A stretch of DNA of 64,000 nucleotides from an uncultured Chloroflexia bacterium (GTDB taxonomy: Bacteria; Chloroflexota; Anaerolineae; CG2-30-64-16), in the NCBI GenBank assembly GCA_963774265.1, contig CAVZDU010000008.1:1-64000 (forward strand), read 5' to 3'. Made by a program: the position numbers and the translations under genes. Below, piece by piece: positions 21,591 through 32,782 of the stretch. The number at the start of each line of letters is the position of its first letter. Within the stretch, counting starts at the first letter, position 1. Under the pieces are notes generated by a model that did not search any database, had not been told where the DNA came from, and saw only the letters and a program-made list of their open reading frames with translations.

Positions 21591-22040
21591 ATGCAGTGCC
21601 CTTATTGCGGTCAACCCGATTCTCGCGTCGTAGATACGCGCTCGACGGGTGAGAGCATCCGTCGCCGCCGGGAATGCCAGAAATGCCGCAAACGCTTTAC
21701 CACCTACGAACAGATCTCGGAGGCGCTCCTCATCGTGAAGCGCGACGGTCGCCGCGAACCCTTCGATCGCCATAAACTGCTGCAGGGGATTCGTATCGCC
21801 TGCGCCAAGCGACCGATCGCCATGACCGACATCGATCGGATCGTAGATCAGGTCGAAGAGCACCTCTTCTCACTGGGAAAGGCCGAGGTGCACAGCGAGG
21901 TCATCGGTGAGATGGTGTTGGAGAAGCTACGAGGGCTGGATCCGCTGGCCTACATTCGCTTTGCGATGGTGTATATGGAAATGGAAGATGTCGGAGCGTT
22001 GCAGAGAGAGCTAGAGCGATTAATGAAAGAGCGCAAGTAG
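21591..22040 (+). CDS. nrdR: transcriptional repressor NrdR
   Basis: MQCPYC...VVDTR...IRRRREC..C.KRFTTYE; ATP cone; AYIRFAMVY. Confidence 0.97.
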   Translation: MQCPYCGQPDSRVVDTRSTGESIRRRRECQKCRKRFTTYEQISEALLIVKRDGRREPFDRHKLLQGIRIACAKRPIAMTDIDRIVDQVEEHLFSLGKAEVHSEVIGEMVLEKLRGLDPLAYIRFAMVYMEMEDVGALQRELERLMKERK

Positions 22041-22065
22041 GCACTGAGGAGTAGGCACTGAGGAG
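22036..22065 (+). repeat. 14-bp tandem duplication AGTAGGCACTGAGG x2
   Basis: Exact units at 22036-22049 and 22050-22063; the unit contains the nrdR stop codon and the nrdJ RBS. Confidence 0.85.
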
Positions 22066-22071
22066 ACTATA

Positions 22072-24573
22072 ATGATCAAGGCAAAGATTAAACTATTCGC
22101 GCCGGCAATTAAGCCGCCCGACAAAATCAATCTCTCCGAAAACAGCCTGCAGGTCCTGCAGAAGCGTTATCTGCGCCGCGGCCCAAACGGAAAACCAATC
22201 GAAGATGTTGAAGGGATGTTCAGGCGCGTTGCCCGTGCCGTGGCCGCGCCTGATGCAGCACACGGTTACGACGTGCAAAGCACAGAAGATAGCTTTTTCG
22301 GTTTGCTCACCGGCCTTCGTTTCTTCCCAAACTCCCCGACGTTCACCGGGGCTGGCACCCCGTTGGGACAGCTCGCCGCTTGCTTCGTTCTCCCGATCAG
22401 TGATGACATGGGGCGCGATTCTGCTGGGATCTTCCAGACTTTGCGCGACGCGGCGCTCATTCAGCAGACGGGTGGCGGGAACGGGTTCTCGTTTTCCAAC
22501 CTGCGGCCGAAGAACGATGCGGTGGCCTCAAGTGCGGGGGTAGCTACGGGTCCCGTCGGGTTCTTGCGTGTATATGACACTGCCTTCGGGGAGGTCGCCC
22601 AGGGCGGCACGCGGCGCGGCGCCAACATGGCCGTCGTGCGGGTTGACCACCCGGATATCGAAGAGTTCATCACCTGCAAGGCCCAAGAAGGGCAAATGAC
22701 CAATTTCAATATCTCCGTCGGCATCACGGACGCGTTCATGCAGGCAGTGGAGTCTGACGACGATTTTAGCCTGTTGAATCCGCGCGATGGCAAAGTATGG
22801 CGCACCGTGCGCGCTCGCGATCTCTTCGATAAGATCGTGACCTTTGCGCACCACAACGGCGAACCTGGCGCCCTGTTTCTGGATGCTGCAAATCGCCAAA
22901 ACCCGGTGCCGCACTTGTATGAGTTGGCGGCAACCAACCCATGTGGGGAACAGTGGTTAGGGCCATACGAAAACTGCTGTCTCGGCTCGGTAAACCTCGC
23001 TCAGCACATCTCGCCAGAGGGACTGGTCGACTGGGAGAAGCTACGCGAGAGCGTGGTTGTCTCAACGCGCTTCCTGGATAATGTCGTTGACGCAAACAAG
23101 TACGTCCCTGCTGTTCCTCAGCTGCGCGAGGCCGCAATGCGCGCCCGTCGCATCGGACTTGGTATCATGGGCCTCGGCGACATGATGTACCGGCTGGGCG
23201 TTCGCTACGGCTCCGAAGAGGGGCAAGAGTTTGCCGCCCAGGTGATGGAGTTCGTCCGTTACTATTGCGTGCTAACGAGCATCGAGCTCGCGCAAGAACG
23301 CGGTCCATTCCTGGCCATCAAGGGCAGCATCTACGATCCCGAGAACCTCCGCTGGCAGCCGCCACGCCCGCTCAGTCCTTACCGCCGCCATTGGGGGAGA
23401 CCGGCGCTGGACTGGGATAAGATTGTCTCGAAAATCAAGCTGCACGGCATCCGCAATGCGGCCCAAACCACTGTCGCACCGACCGGCACCATCGGCACTG
23501 TCGCCGGCTGCGAGGGCTACGGTTGCGAGCCGGTGTTTGCACTTGCCTACACCCGAATCGTTAAAGATGGCGGCCGCGATCTCAAGTTGGATTACACCAG
23601 CCCACTCTTCGAACAAGCCCTCATCGCAGCCGGCGTTGACCAGGAGAAGCAAGCGCTCATTATCGAACAGGTGAGGCTGTTGGGGAGCTGCCAGGACATG
23701 CCCGAGGTTCCGGCGTCGATCCGGCAGGTCTTCGTTGTTTCACAGGACATCCCGGCCGAAGAGCATGTGCAGATGCAGGCTGCAATCCAGGCTTTCGTCG
23801 ACAACTCCATCTCCAAGACAGTCAACTTCCCGAGCGCTGCCACCGTCGAGGACGTAGAGCGGGCTTACATGCTCGGCTGGCATCTTGGATGCAAGGGCCT
23901 GACGGTTTATGTCACCGGCAGCCGCGACGAAGTTGTGCTCGAAACCAAGGCCACCGCCGATGCCAAGGGACGCACCAATGGGGATGGTCCGGCCGCAGAG
24001 GCAGATGCACCGGTTGCGCCAACCGCTATCGAGCCATTCCCATCACCAAAGCGCCGCCCAAGGCCCACGGTGTTGCGCGGCATCACCTATCGAAAAGAAA
24101 CCCCTCTTGGAACGGCCTTCGTGACTGTGAATATTAACGGAGGCGATAAGCCGTTCGAGGTCTTCATGAACGTCGGCAAGGCCGGCAGCGACGTTGCCGC
24201 AGTGTCGGAAGCTCTCGGCCGGTTGATCTCACTTATCCTGCGGCTACCTTCGCCGCTGGACGAACGCGATCGGCTGTACGAAGTCGTCGACCAGTTGGCT
24301 GGTATCGGTGGTGGACGCTCGATGGGTTTTGGCGCCAACCGGGTCCGCTCGCTGCCTGATGCCGTCGCACAGGTCCTACGCGAGTATTTGAGCCAGGGCG
24401 AAGCCACCGAGGATGAAGCCGATCACGAAGAGGGCGAAGGCTACGTACAGCAACTGCCATTGCCCATCATCGATCGTCCCATCGGTGACCTCTGCCCGGA
24501 CTGCGGTCAGGCAGCTTTCGTCCCAACAGAGGGTTGCCGCAAGTGCTATGCCTGCGGTTACAGCGAGTGCTGA
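22072..24573 (+). CDS. nrdJ: adenosylcobalamin-dependent (class II) ribonucleotide reductase with C-terminal TSCPD-like domain
   Basis: PNSPT, ACFVLP, TNPCGEQ, APTGT, SISKTVN; C-terminal CPDC...C..CGYSEC; no beta-subunit gene adjacent. Confidence 0.93.
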   Translation: MIKAKIKLFAPAIKPPDKINLSENSLQVLQKRYLRRGPNGKPIEDVEGMFRRVARAVAAPDAAHGYDVQSTEDSFFGLLTGLRFFPNSPTFTGAGTPLGQLAACFVLPISDDMGRDSAGIFQTLRDAALIQQTGGGNGFSFSNLRPKNDAVASSAGVATGPVGFLRVYDTAFGEVAQGGTRRGANMAVVRVDHPDIEEFITCKAQEGQMTNFNISVGITDAFMQAVESDDDFSLLNPRDGKVWRTVRARDLFDKIVTFAHHNGEPGALFLDAANRQNPVPHLYELAATNPCGEQWLGPYENCCLGSVNLAQHISPEGLVDWEKLRESVVVSTRFLDNVVDANKYVPAVPQLREAAMRARRIGLGIMGLGDMMYRLGVRYGSEEGQEFAAQVMEFVRYYCVLTSIELAQERGPFLAIKGSIYDPENLRWQPPRPLSPYRRHWGRPALDWDKIVSKIKLHGIRNAAQTTVAPTGTIGTVAGCEGYGCEPVFALAYTRIVKDGGRDLKLDYTSPLFEQALIAAGVDQEKQALIIEQVRLLGSCQDMPEVPASIRQVFVVSQDIPAEEHVQMQAAIQAFVDNSISKTVNFPSAATVEDVERAYMLGWHLGCKGLTVYVTGSRDEVVLETKATADAKGRTNGDGPAAEADAPVAPTAIEPFPSPKRRPRPTVLRGITYRKETPLGTAFVTVNINGGDKPFEVFMNVGKAGSDVAAVSEALGRLISLILRLPSPLDERDRLYEVVDQLAGIGGGRSMGFGANRVRSLPDAVAQVLREYLSQGEATEDEADHEEGEGYVQQLPLPIIDRPIGDLCPDCGQAAFVPTEGCRKCYACGYSEC

Positions 24574-24596
24574 TATAAACTCAACGTCCAGCTCAT

Positions 24597-24650
24597 GGGG
24601 CCTGGCATCAGAGGGATGGGTGTTCTCCCCCTCGGTCAGGCCCCTGTGTT
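24597..24650 (+). terminator. hairpin after nrdJ
   Basis: GGGGCCTGGC..GAGGG...CCCTC.GTCAGGCCCC then TGTGTT; overlaps a TGtTATAAT extended -10 for the next gene. Confidence 0.5.
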
Positions 24651-24662
24651 ATAATCCCGGCA

Positions 24663-25319
24663 ATGCGAAAAGCCCTGCGCACCCTCTTGCGTGCACTGCT
24701 CTTCCTCCTGATCCTGGCCTTCTTCGGCTTCGTCCTTCTCACGTGGCAGGTGGACCGGTTGGGCCGAGTGGACGCCGCGCGGGAGTCGGATGTCATTGTC
24801 GTACTCGGCGCGCGCGTCAACCAGGACGGTACTCCGGGGTCCGATCTGACCAGTCGGACCTATCACGCAGTCGATCTGTGGAAGGCCGGCATCGCGCCCG
24901 ATATCATCTGCACTGGCGGCTTTCGAGATGAGCCTCTCTCAGCCGCTGCAGTGTGCAAACGCTTTGCGATTGATCTGAAAGTGCCGTCGGAGCGCGTCTT
25001 GATGGCTGACGGCAGTTCAAGTACTATCGAAGACGCGCAAGTCACTGCGGAGGTGATGGCGCAGAAGGGTTGGCATAGCGCAGTCCTCGTCAGCCACCCG
25101 CTGCATCTGTTCCGCGCACGCTGGCTCTTCCAACGTGCAGGTATCGACGCGGTGACCAGCCCCACATCAACCGAGACCTATCGCATCTTCCTGCCCCTGC
25201 GGCTATGGTACGCCATGCGCGAGGCTGGCGGTATCATCTTCACCTTGATCGATGGTTGGTCCATCGTGCCGGATCAATGGGTCGCAACGTTGCAGACACG
25301 CATATACAGGTCGCAGTAA
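24663..25319 (+). CDS. YdcF/ElyC (DUF218) family protein
   Basis: N-terminal TM; DVIVVLGA, IICTGG, SSSTIEDA, VSHPLHLFRA. Confidence 0.85.
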   Translation: MRKALRTLLRALLFLLILAFFGFVLLTWQVDRLGRVDAARESDVIVVLGARVNQDGTPGSDLTSRTYHAVDLWKAGIAPDIICTGGFRDEPLSAAAVCKRFAIDLKVPSERVLMADGSSSTIEDAQVTAEVMAQKGWHSAVLVSHPLHLFRARWLFQRAGIDAVTSPTSTETYRIFLPLRLWYAMREAGGIIFTLIDGWSIVPDQWVATLQTRIYRSQ

Positions 25320-25329
25320 AATCGTATCT

Positions 25330-27132
25330 ATGAGTGCATGGAAACAAATAGCGGCCGGCAAGGCGCTGCTGAGCCGGGAAACCGGCACAATCCATAAAGA
25401 TCACGGCGGCAAGCTCACCGTCGCGCTGGCCTATCCTAACAGCTATCGCATCGGCATGGCGAGCTTAGCCCTGCAGATCCTGTATCGGATCTTCAATGCG
25501 CGGCCCGATGTGGTATGTGAGCGCGTCTTTTGGGACGAAGGTGCAGCGGCTTCAGGACAGCCGTTGCTCTCACTCGAATCGGGCAAGCCGGTCAGCGAAT
25601 TCGATGTGTGGGCATTCACCATTTCGTTCGAAATGGACTACTTTCACGTCGCCGCCATGTTGCGACAAGCGGGAATCGAACCGCCCGGGCTAACGGCAGA
25701 CGATCACGGAGGCCGTCCCTTTCTGCTGGCGGGTGGTCCAGCGCTCAGCATGAATCCCGAGCCACTCGCGCCGTTTTTCGATGCCATTCTAATCGGTGAG
25801 GCCGAGGAAACGTTGCCCAGCGTGGTGGATCTACTGGTGGACGGGGTCGACGAGGATCGTGCGCGACGGGATGAATCGAGGGCCATGCCGCTGGGATCAG
25901 GCGACCAGGCGCGGCGCCCCCTGCTCGACACGCTGATGCACACAGAGGGCATCTACATCCCCAGCCGCACGCAGCCCGTCCCCGGCGGACAACAAATCAA
26001 ACGGCTGTGGGTGCGTGAGGCGGAGAGGCTTGAGCCGGTCTCTCTGCTCTACACGCCAGACGCGGAGTTTGCCAACCACCATCTGATCGAGATCGCGCGC
26101 GGGTGCGGGCGAGGCTGCCGTTTCTGCCTGGCAGGTTATGTCTACCGGCCACCTCGCGAGCAGCCACTGGAACGCATCCTGGCCTGGGCGCGGGAGGGGC
26201 TTGCCTTGCGCTTGCCTGTTCATGCGCATGGTGGGGTCTCGGGCATGCAGGCGCCATCCCTCGGGTTGGTGTCCGCAGCGGTGTCTGACCACTCGCACAT
26301 CGATGAGCTAGCGATCGAGTTGCAGGCGATGGGCGCGCGGTTCGGCGTCAGTTCCATGCGCACTGACCCCATCAGTGAGCCGCTGATCCGTGCGCTTGCG
26401 GCAAGCGGTAACCAGACGCTGACCATCGCACCGGAGGCCGGCAGCGACCGCCTCAGACGGGTGATCAACAAATCGCAGTGTGAGGACGATCTGTTGCACG
26501 CGGTTGAGTTGGCGCAGGCTAACAGCTTTTCACAGCTCAAAATGTATTTCATGGTGGGTCACCCGACCGAAACCGACGAAGATATCGAGGCGATCACCGA
26601 TCTGACCCTCAAGGCGCGACGCATCTTCCGGCGAAATGTGTCAATCAACGCGACGCCGTTCACGCCAAAAGCGCACACTCCTTTCCAGTGGACTGCGACG
26701 GCGCCCGCCAAGGTGCTCGCCGCCCGGCAGCGAATGCTAAAGAAGGATCTGGCCAAACACGCAGTAACGGTAGATGCCGACTCTCCGGAATGGGCTGAGG
26801 TTCAGGGGGTGCTGGCCCGCGGGGACCGGCGGCTCGCTCGCGTGCTGTGGGAGACGGAACGACTGACATTGCGCGATTTTCACGAAACCCTGACTCGACA
26901 CAGCATGTCTGCGGCGGAATTTCTGGGCGAGCGCACGCCGGGTGCATTCATGCCATGGGATGTCATCGAGAGCGGTGTGAGACCGAGCTTTCACAAGTTC
27001 GAGCTTCGCCTCTCCGGGAACGAGCAGCTCGGACACCGCTGCCCGCCGGGTTGCGAGAATTGCCTGACCTGTGGCGTTTGCCGCGCCACGCTGGATTCTG
27101 CATTGGTGCAGACGGAAACGTTTCGTATATGA
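25330..27132 (+). CDS. radical SAM protein (B12-binding-like N-terminus)
   Basis: YPNSYRIGMASL, EIARGCGRGCRFC (CxxxCxxC), TIAPEAGS, PKAHTPFQW; C-terminal C..C..CGVC. Confidence 0.88.
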   Translation: MSAWKQIAAGKALLSRETGTIHKDHGGKLTVALAYPNSYRIGMASLALQILYRIFNARPDVVCERVFWDEGAAASGQPLLSLESGKPVSEFDVWAFTISFEMDYFHVAAMLRQAGIEPPGLTADDHGGRPFLLAGGPALSMNPEPLAPFFDAILIGEAEETLPSVVDLLVDGVDEDRARRDESRAMPLGSGDQARRPLLDTLMHTEGIYIPSRTQPVPGGQQIKRLWVREAERLEPVSLLYTPDAEFANHHLIEIARGCGRGCRFCLAGYVYRPPREQPLERILAWAREGLALRLPVHAHGGVSGMQAPSLGLVSAAVSDHSHIDELAIELQAMGARFGVSSMRTDPISEPLIRALAASGNQTLTIAPEAGSDRLRRVINKSQCEDDLLHAVELAQANSFSQLKMYFMVGHPTETDEDIEAITDLTLKARRIFRRNVSINATPFTPKAHTPFQWTATAPAKVLAARQRMLKKDLAKHAVTVDADSPEWAEVQGVLARGDRRLARVLWETERLTLRDFHETLTRHSMSAAEFLGERTPGAFMPWDVIESGVRPSFHKFELRLSGNEQLGHRCPPGCENCLTCGVCRATLDSALVQTETFRI

Positions 27133-27923
27133 AAAGACACGAGAGCGCCGGGGTCGTCTATTACACTTTCGAGTCATTCGATGGGTACGGCGACATCATC
27201 CATGGCATCACGGCGCGCCACGGAGGCGTGAGCACCGGTCACTGGTCCAGTCTCAACCTGACCAAGGGGAATGGCGATGATCCGGCTGCGGTGGAAGAGA
27301 ACCTGCGTCGAGCGACCCGCGCTTTGGGAGTGAATCGCGAGGATCTGGTCAGCCCAAGCCAACGCCATACGTCGCGTGCTCAGCAAGTGGGTCGCGCCGA
27401 ACGCGGTCGCGTAATCTCCGATACTGACACATTGTTCACGCACGAGACGAGCGTTCCGATCCTGTTGCGCTACGCGGATTGTACACCCATCTTGCTGTAT
27501 GATCCTTCGCGGCATGCGTGCGCGGTCATCCACAGCGGGTGGCGCGGCACAGTGGCCGGGGCCATTCCTGCAGCCGTGCATGCGTTAGGGCAAGCGTTTG
27601 GCAGCCGGCCAAAGGACCTGGTGGCCGGCATAGGTCCGTGCATCGGGCCATGTTGTTACGAAGTAGGAAATGATGTTGTGGATGCGGTGCGAAGCGCGTT
27701 TGACCGGGCCGGGGCGCTACTGCCGAGAAACGGAGGTGATCGCAGGCACTTTGATCTTTGGGCTGCTAACCGGCGTTGGTTAGCCGAGTCCGGGGTTTTG
27801 CAAGTGGAGATAGCTGAAGTGTGTACGGCGTGCCACAAGGACGAGTTCTTCTCGTATCGAGGCGGAGCAGGCCGCACAGGGCATTTCGGAGCACTCATGA
27901 TGCTGCGAGCGCGTCATGGCTGA
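27129..27923 (+). CDS. pgeF: YfiH/PgeF family purine nucleoside phosphorylase / peptidoglycan editing factor
   Basis: RHGGVS, SLNL, ADCTPILL, HSGWRG, IGPCCYEVG, CTAC..FFSYR. Confidence 0.9.
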   Translation: MKRHESAGVVYYTFESFDGYGDIIHGITARHGGVSTGHWSSLNLTKGNGDDPAAVEENLRRATRALGVNREDLVSPSQRHTSRAQQVGRAERGRVISDTDTLFTHETSVPILLRYADCTPILLYDPSRHACAVIHSGWRGTVAGAIPAAVHALGQAFGSRPKDLVAGIGPCIGPCCYEVGNDVVDAVRSAFDRAGALLPRNGGDRRHFDLWAANRRWLAESGVLQVEIAEVCTACHKDEFFSYRGGAGRTGHFGALMMLRARHG

Positions 27924-28617
27924 GCAAGAGCTTCGGGACAATATCGCGCGGGTGCAGGAGCGCATCGATGCCGCCAAACGCCGCGCTGGTCGGGTGGACA
28001 CAGTCTTGCTGGTTGCGGTAAGCAAGACACAAGCAGCCGATACTGTGGCTGCCGCATATCATGCGGGGCTGCGCATCTTCGGTGAGAATCGAGTCGAGGA
28101 AGCCGGCCCGAAAGCAGTCGCGGTCGCCGCACTCATTGCTCCATCACCGCCGCCGCAATGGCACATGATCGGACATCTTCAGAGCCGCAAGGCGGCAGAC
28201 GCCCTGCCCTGGGCAGCGCTGGTGCATTCAGTGGATACCCCACGACTTGCGTCACGCCTGAGCTGTGCAGTGCCAGCCGGCCAACAGTTGCCGGTGTTGC
28301 TTGAAGTCAATGTGTCAGGCGAAACGAGCAAGGACGGCTTTGCCCCTGCGACGTTAGCCGCGGGTGTGGAGGCCATTGCGGAGCTGCCCGGGTTACGCAT
28401 TGAGGGTTTGATGACGATGGCTCCGCTCGTAGAAGATCCGGAGCAAGCACGACCGGTGTTCCGGCAATTGCGACTGCTGCGTGATGACCTGGCGCGGCGA
28501 TATCCTACCGCATCGTGGCGGCATCTGTCGATGGGGATGAGCGACGATTTCGAAATAGCTATCGAGGAAGGAGCGACGCTGGTTCGCATTGGTCGTGCGA
28601 TCTTCGGCGCAAGATAG
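27916..28617 (+). CDS. yggS: PLP homeostasis protein YggS
   Basis: [48 protein letters not shown]. Confidence 0.96.
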   Translation: MAEQELRDNIARVQERIDAAKRRAGRVDTVLLVAVSKTQAADTVAAAYHAGLRIFGENRVEEAGPKAVAVAALIAPSPPPQWHMIGHLQSRKAADALPWAALVHSVDTPRLASRLSCAVPAGQQLPVLLEVNVSGETSKDGFAPATLAAGVEAIAELPGLRIEGLMTMAPLVEDPEQARPVFRQLRLLRDDLARRYPTASWRHLSMGMSDDFEIAIEEGATLVRIGRAIFGAR

Positions 28618-28623
28618 GACATT

Positions 28624-29448
28624 ATGCTACGAGATACGACGTTATCATTGATCGGCTCCGGCACCATGGCTGAAGCCATGATCCGAGGCATACTCAATCA
28701 AAAACTGCTTAGCCCGGACGCGATCACGGCTAGCGGACCGCGACCTGAGCGTGGTCAGGAATTGCGCGGCCGTTACGGCATCCGAGCCGTGACCGACAAC
28801 TGTGAGGCAGCGCGGGCAGGCCAAATAGTTGTCCTCAGCGTCAAGCCTCAAACGGTGAGGAAGGTGCTGCCGGAGATTCGCGACGCAATAGCCGCTGACA
28901 CCCTTATCATCAGCATCGTCGCGGGCACACCGATTCGCGTCATCCGCAAAGGTCTCGCGGTTTCGAGGGTCGTGCGTGCGATGCCCAACACGCCCGGACA
29001 GGTCGGCCGCGGGATGACCGTGTGGACGGCGACGCCTGAAGTGGATGAACTCGGACGGCACCAGGCACAAGCTGTGCTCGGAGCCCTGGGTCGCGAGCTA
29101 TACGTGGGAGATGAGGGCGATCTGGATCGAGCCACTGCGCTCAGCGGCACCGGACCAGCCTATATCTTCCTTTTTATGGAAGCTCTCATCGATGCCGGTG
29201 TACACTTGGGATTTTCGCGTCGCATCGCGCAAGAACTGGTCTATCAGACGATGGAAGGGGCGATCGCGATCGCGCGGGAGACCGGGGTGCATCCGGTCGA
29301 ATTGCGTAACCGTGTCACCTCCCCCGCCGGAACCACGGCTGAGGCTCTCTATCAATTTGAGAAAGGCGGCCTGCGGACGGTGGTTTCGAAGGGTGTGTGG
29401 GCAGCATATCAACGTTCGGTTGCACTAGGGGAGTTAGGAGACGAATGA
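28624..29448 (+). CDS. proC: pyrroline-5-carboxylate reductase
   Basis: [33 protein letters not shown]. Confidence 0.96.
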   Translation: MLRDTTLSLIGSGTMAEAMIRGILNQKLLSPDAITASGPRPERGQELRGRYGIRAVTDNCEAARAGQIVVLSVKPQTVRKVLPEIRDAIAADTLIISIVAGTPIRVIRKGLAVSRVVRAMPNTPGQVGRGMTVWTATPEVDELGRHQAQAVLGALGRELYVGDEGDLDRATALSGTGPAYIFLFMEALIDAGVHLGFSRRIAQELVYQTMEGAIAIARETGVHPVELRNRVTSPAGTTAEALYQFEKGGLRTVVSKGVWAAYQRSVALGELGDE

Positions 29449-29723
29449 ATCTAGTACTTATCCAAGCCATTAATCTGATCGTCGAAATCTTCAGCATCTT
29501 GATCCTGATCGAGGTCATCGCCAGCTGGGTGATGGTCGCGAATGTCCGGCTGCCTGATGCGCTCGTCAGGCTGCTCCAAACGATCAGCAGCATCACAAGC
29601 GTTGTGCTGAATCCGATCCGCCGGCTCATTCCGAGCATCGGCGGACTCGATTTGTCGCCCATCATCGCGCTATTACTGCTCGATGTGGTGCGACGATTGC
29701 TTGTGTCGCTCCTGCTGCAATGA
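29445..29723 (+). CDS. yggT: YggT family membrane protein
   Basis: SWV, PIRRLIPSIGGLDLSPIIA; follows yggS-proC. Confidence 0.88.
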   Translation: MNLVLIQAINLIVEIFSILILIEVIASWVMVANVRLPDALVRLLQTISSITSVVLNPIRRLIPSIGGLDLSPIIALLLLDVVRRLLVSLLLQ

Positions 29724-29766
29724 GGTCTGGTGACCAAATCGACGCACGAACAGGCCATCCGACACA

Positions 29767-31644
29767 ATGACAGCCAAGTACGCGGGACCTTCGCCCTCCG
29801 CCGGTTCGCCCCGGATGCTCGGTAACGTGCCGCTTCCCAATCGGTCGTTTGTGCGCGGCTTAACCTCCAGTTACGCACGCTTGCTGCAGTTCGTGCGGCC
29901 ATACTGGAAGCTGCTCGTCCTCGCGGGCGTGATCCTCATGATCAACAGCCTCGCGGGCTTGGCCTTGCCACTGATCGTGCGCGACGTGGTAGACAGTGCG
30001 CTGGTGCGCGGCAGCTTCCAGATGCTGAATCGCGTCACGCTGCTACTGCTGGCCCTCTTCGCCGCCCAGGCCCTCCTCAGCTTTGGACAGGCCTACCTGC
30101 TTGGATGGGTGGGCGAACGTGTAGTTGCAAACCTGCGCAAGTCGCTCTACGGCCACTTGCATGCGATGCCCCTGCGCTTCTTTGCCAACACTCGCATCGG
30201 AGAGTTGCTCTCCCGATTGGGCAACGACGTCACCACCATCCAGAACGCAGTGACCGATACCCTGCTCTCCCTGCTATCCAACACAATCATGCTGATTGGC
30301 GGTCTTGTCATCATTTTCGTGATGGCGTGGCGGCTGAGCCTGGTGATACTGGCCGTGGTGCCGGTGGCGGTGGTCGGGATGATCCTGCTGGGCAGGCAGG
30401 TGCGGCGCCTTAGCAAACAGGTGCAGGACGCGCTGGCCGATGCAAGCGCAACCGCTGAAGAAGCCCTGTCAGGCGTGCGCATCGTCAAGTCGTTTGCGCG
30501 CGAGCCGTACGAGGTCAGTCGCTACAGCGATACAGTGGAGCGCCTGTTTCGCATTGCGGTGAAGCGTGTGCAGCTCAACGCAACGCTGGGACCAATGATT
30601 GGTCTCATTGCATACGGCACCATCGCCCTGGTTCTTTATGTTGGCAGCCGCGAGGTCATCGCGGGCCACCTGACACCGGGACAGCTCATCTCCTTCTTGC
30701 TCTACACGATGACCGTCGCCTCATCCATCGCTAGCTTCACCGGGCTGTATAGCCAGTTCCAACGAGCGTTGGGCGCAAGCGAGCGCGTCTTCGAGTTGCT
30801 GGATGACCCGCCAGAGATGCAAGATGACCCGAACGCGATCGAGCTGCCTTCCATCCGAGGCGAGGTGCGCTTCGAACATGTCAGCTTCGACTACGGCGAT
30901 ACCGATGAGGCTCGCGAGGTATTGAGAGAAGTCGAGTTGTCGGTGTCGTCCGGTCAGGTCATCGCACTGGTCGGACCTAGCGGCGCGGGCAAGACCACCC
31001 TGGTGAACCTGATCCCACGGTTCTACGACCCGACGGAGGGGCGCATCACCATCGACGGGCATAATATCCAAGGAGTCAAGATTCGCAGTCTGCGCGAACA
31101 AATCGGTATTGTTCCACAGGAAACCGCTCTCTTTGGGGGCAGTGTAGGGGACAATATCCGGTACGGCAAGCTGGATGCAACGATCGATGAGATCAAATCC
31201 GCTGCCCGTGCGGCGAACGCGCACGACTTCATCTCGGAGCTTCCGCAAGGGTACGACACGCTGGTTGGCGAGCGGGGTGTAAAGTTGAGCGGCGGGCAAA
31301 GACAGCGAGTTGCCATCGCGCGCGCGCTTCTCAAAAACCCGCGCATTCTGATCCTGGACGAAGCCACGTCGTCGCTGGATAGTGAGTCGGAACAGGCGGT
31401 GCAGGAGGCGCTGGAGCGGCTGATGCGAGACCGGACCACGTTCGTCATCGCACATCGGCTCAGCACCATCACCAACGCGGACTGGATCGCCGTGCTGGAT
31501 GCTGGGCACATTGTAGAGCAGGGAACGCATGAAACACTACTGGCCCAGGAAGGCGGGCTGTATCGCCGGATGTATGCACTTCAGTTCCGCTGGGACTGGG
31601 AACCATCAATAAACTCCGACGTAATAGCGGGAGTTAAGTTATGA
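29767..31644 (+). CDS. ABC exporter, fused permease/ATPase (MsbA/MdlB-like)
   Basis: 6 TMs; GPSGAGKT, LSGGQRQR, ILDEATS, IAHRLST. Confidence 0.93.
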   Translation: MTAKYAGPSPSAGSPRMLGNVPLPNRSFVRGLTSSYARLLQFVRPYWKLLVLAGVILMINSLAGLALPLIVRDVVDSALVRGSFQMLNRVTLLLLALFAAQALLSFGQAYLLGWVGERVVANLRKSLYGHLHAMPLRFFANTRIGELLSRLGNDVTTIQNAVTDTLLSLLSNTIMLIGGLVIIFVMAWRLSLVILAVVPVAVVGMILLGRQVRRLSKQVQDALADASATAEEALSGVRIVKSFAREPYEVSRYSDTVERLFRIAVKRVQLNATLGPMIGLIAYGTIALVLYVGSREVIAGHLTPGQLISFLLYTMTVASSIASFTGLYSQFQRALGASERVFELLDDPPEMQDDPNAIELPSIRGEVRFEHVSFDYGDTDEAREVLREVELSVSSGQVIALVGPSGAGKTTLVNLIPRFYDPTEGRITIDGHNIQGVKIRSLREQIGIVPQETALFGGSVGDNIRYGKLDATIDEIKSAARAANAHDFISELPQGYDTLVGERGVKLSGGQRQRVAIARALLKNPRILILDEATSSLDSESEQAVQEALERLMRDRTTFVIAHRLSTITNADWIAVLDAGHIVEQGTHETLLAQEGGLYRRMYALQFRWDWEPSINSDVIAGVKL

Positions 31645-32771
31645 GTTGGTCGTTCAAGCTCGTCACCGTGGCTGGCATTCCTATCCGTGTTCACGCCAGC
31701 TTTCTGATAATCCTGGCCTGGGCCGCATGGATAGGTTACGGCAATAGCGACGGTCGATCAGCCGTGGCCAGCATCGGGTTCATGGTGTTGTTCACCCTGC
31801 TGCTTTTCCTGTGTGTGGTCCTACATGAATTGGGTCACAGCCTTGTTGCGCAGGCGGTGGGAGCCAAGGTGCATGATATCACCTTGTGGCCTATTGGCGG
31901 TGTGGCCCGATTGTCAGCTATGCCGCGTCGACCGCTGCATGAATTCCTCATCACCGCGGCAGGGCCGGCGGTCAATGTCGTCCTGGCCATTCTCCTGGCC
32001 GGGGCAGCGGTGGCATGGATCGGACCGAACCGGCTGTTGAACATGTTCACCACCGGACGCGGGCTGACACGTCTGCTCGAAGCTCAGAACGGCCAAAGCC
32101 TTGTGCTTCTCCTGGCGCTGCAAAACATGGTCCTTGTCGTTTTCAACCTGATCCCTGCGTTTCCGATGGACGGCGGTCGGTTGCTCCGGTCACTTTTGGC
32201 CGGCTTCGTATCGTTTCGCACCGCCACTCGGCTGGCATCCTGGGTTGGCCAGGGGCTGGCAGTGGTGCTGATTGGCCTGTCGTTCATTCCGCCGGGCAAC
32301 TTCTTCCTCACCCTGATCGGAGGATTCGTGTTCATCGGTGCATGGCAGGAACGGAGCCAGGTGATGATGTCTGAGACTTTGTATGGACTCACCGTGCGCA
32401 ATGCAATGCAGCCTCTGGGTTATCGACTCGCGCGAGGTGATAGGCTCGGCGATATCATTGAACGCATTGCCGCGTCGCCGCAGGCTGCGTTTGCCGTTGT
32501 AGAGGACGGGCGACTCGCAGGGCTGATCACCCGCGGCGCGCTCCTAGCCGCAGCGAAAAAGTCGGGGAACGCGGCCATCGTGGGAGCGCATTTGCCGGCA
32601 ACAACGCATAAAGTGGCCCCTGATGTGCCATTGCTTGAGGCGCAGGAGCAGCTCCAGGTAAATCATGCGGCCGTCGTGATCGAGAATGGGGTTGCGGTCG
32701 GCCTCATCAGCCGCAGCGATATCGGAAGGCTCGCAGAGACCTTTGAGATCGCGCGGCGCAATCCGCTCTAA
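31641..32771 (+). CDS. site-2 protease (M50) with CBS domains
   Basis: HELGH, AGPAVN, FNLIPAFPMDGGR; C-terminal CBS pair. Confidence 0.92.
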   Translation: MSWSFKLVTVAGIPIRVHASFLIILAWAAWIGYGNSDGRSAVASIGFMVLFTLLLFLCVVLHELGHSLVAQAVGAKVHDITLWPIGGVARLSAMPRRPLHEFLITAAGPAVNVVLAILLAGAAVAWIGPNRLLNMFTTGRGLTRLLEAQNGQSLVLLLALQNMVLVVFNLIPAFPMDGGRLLRSLLAGFVSFRTATRLASWVGQGLAVVLIGLSFIPPGNFFLTLIGGFVFIGAWQERSQVMMSETLYGLTVRNAMQPLGYRLARGDRLGDIIERIAASPQAAFAVVEDGRLAGLITRGALLAAAKKSGNAAIVGAHLPATTHKVAPDVPLLEAQEQLQVNHAAVVIENGVAVGLISRSDIGRLAETFEIARRNPL

Positions 32772-32782
32772 GAGGACCAGTA

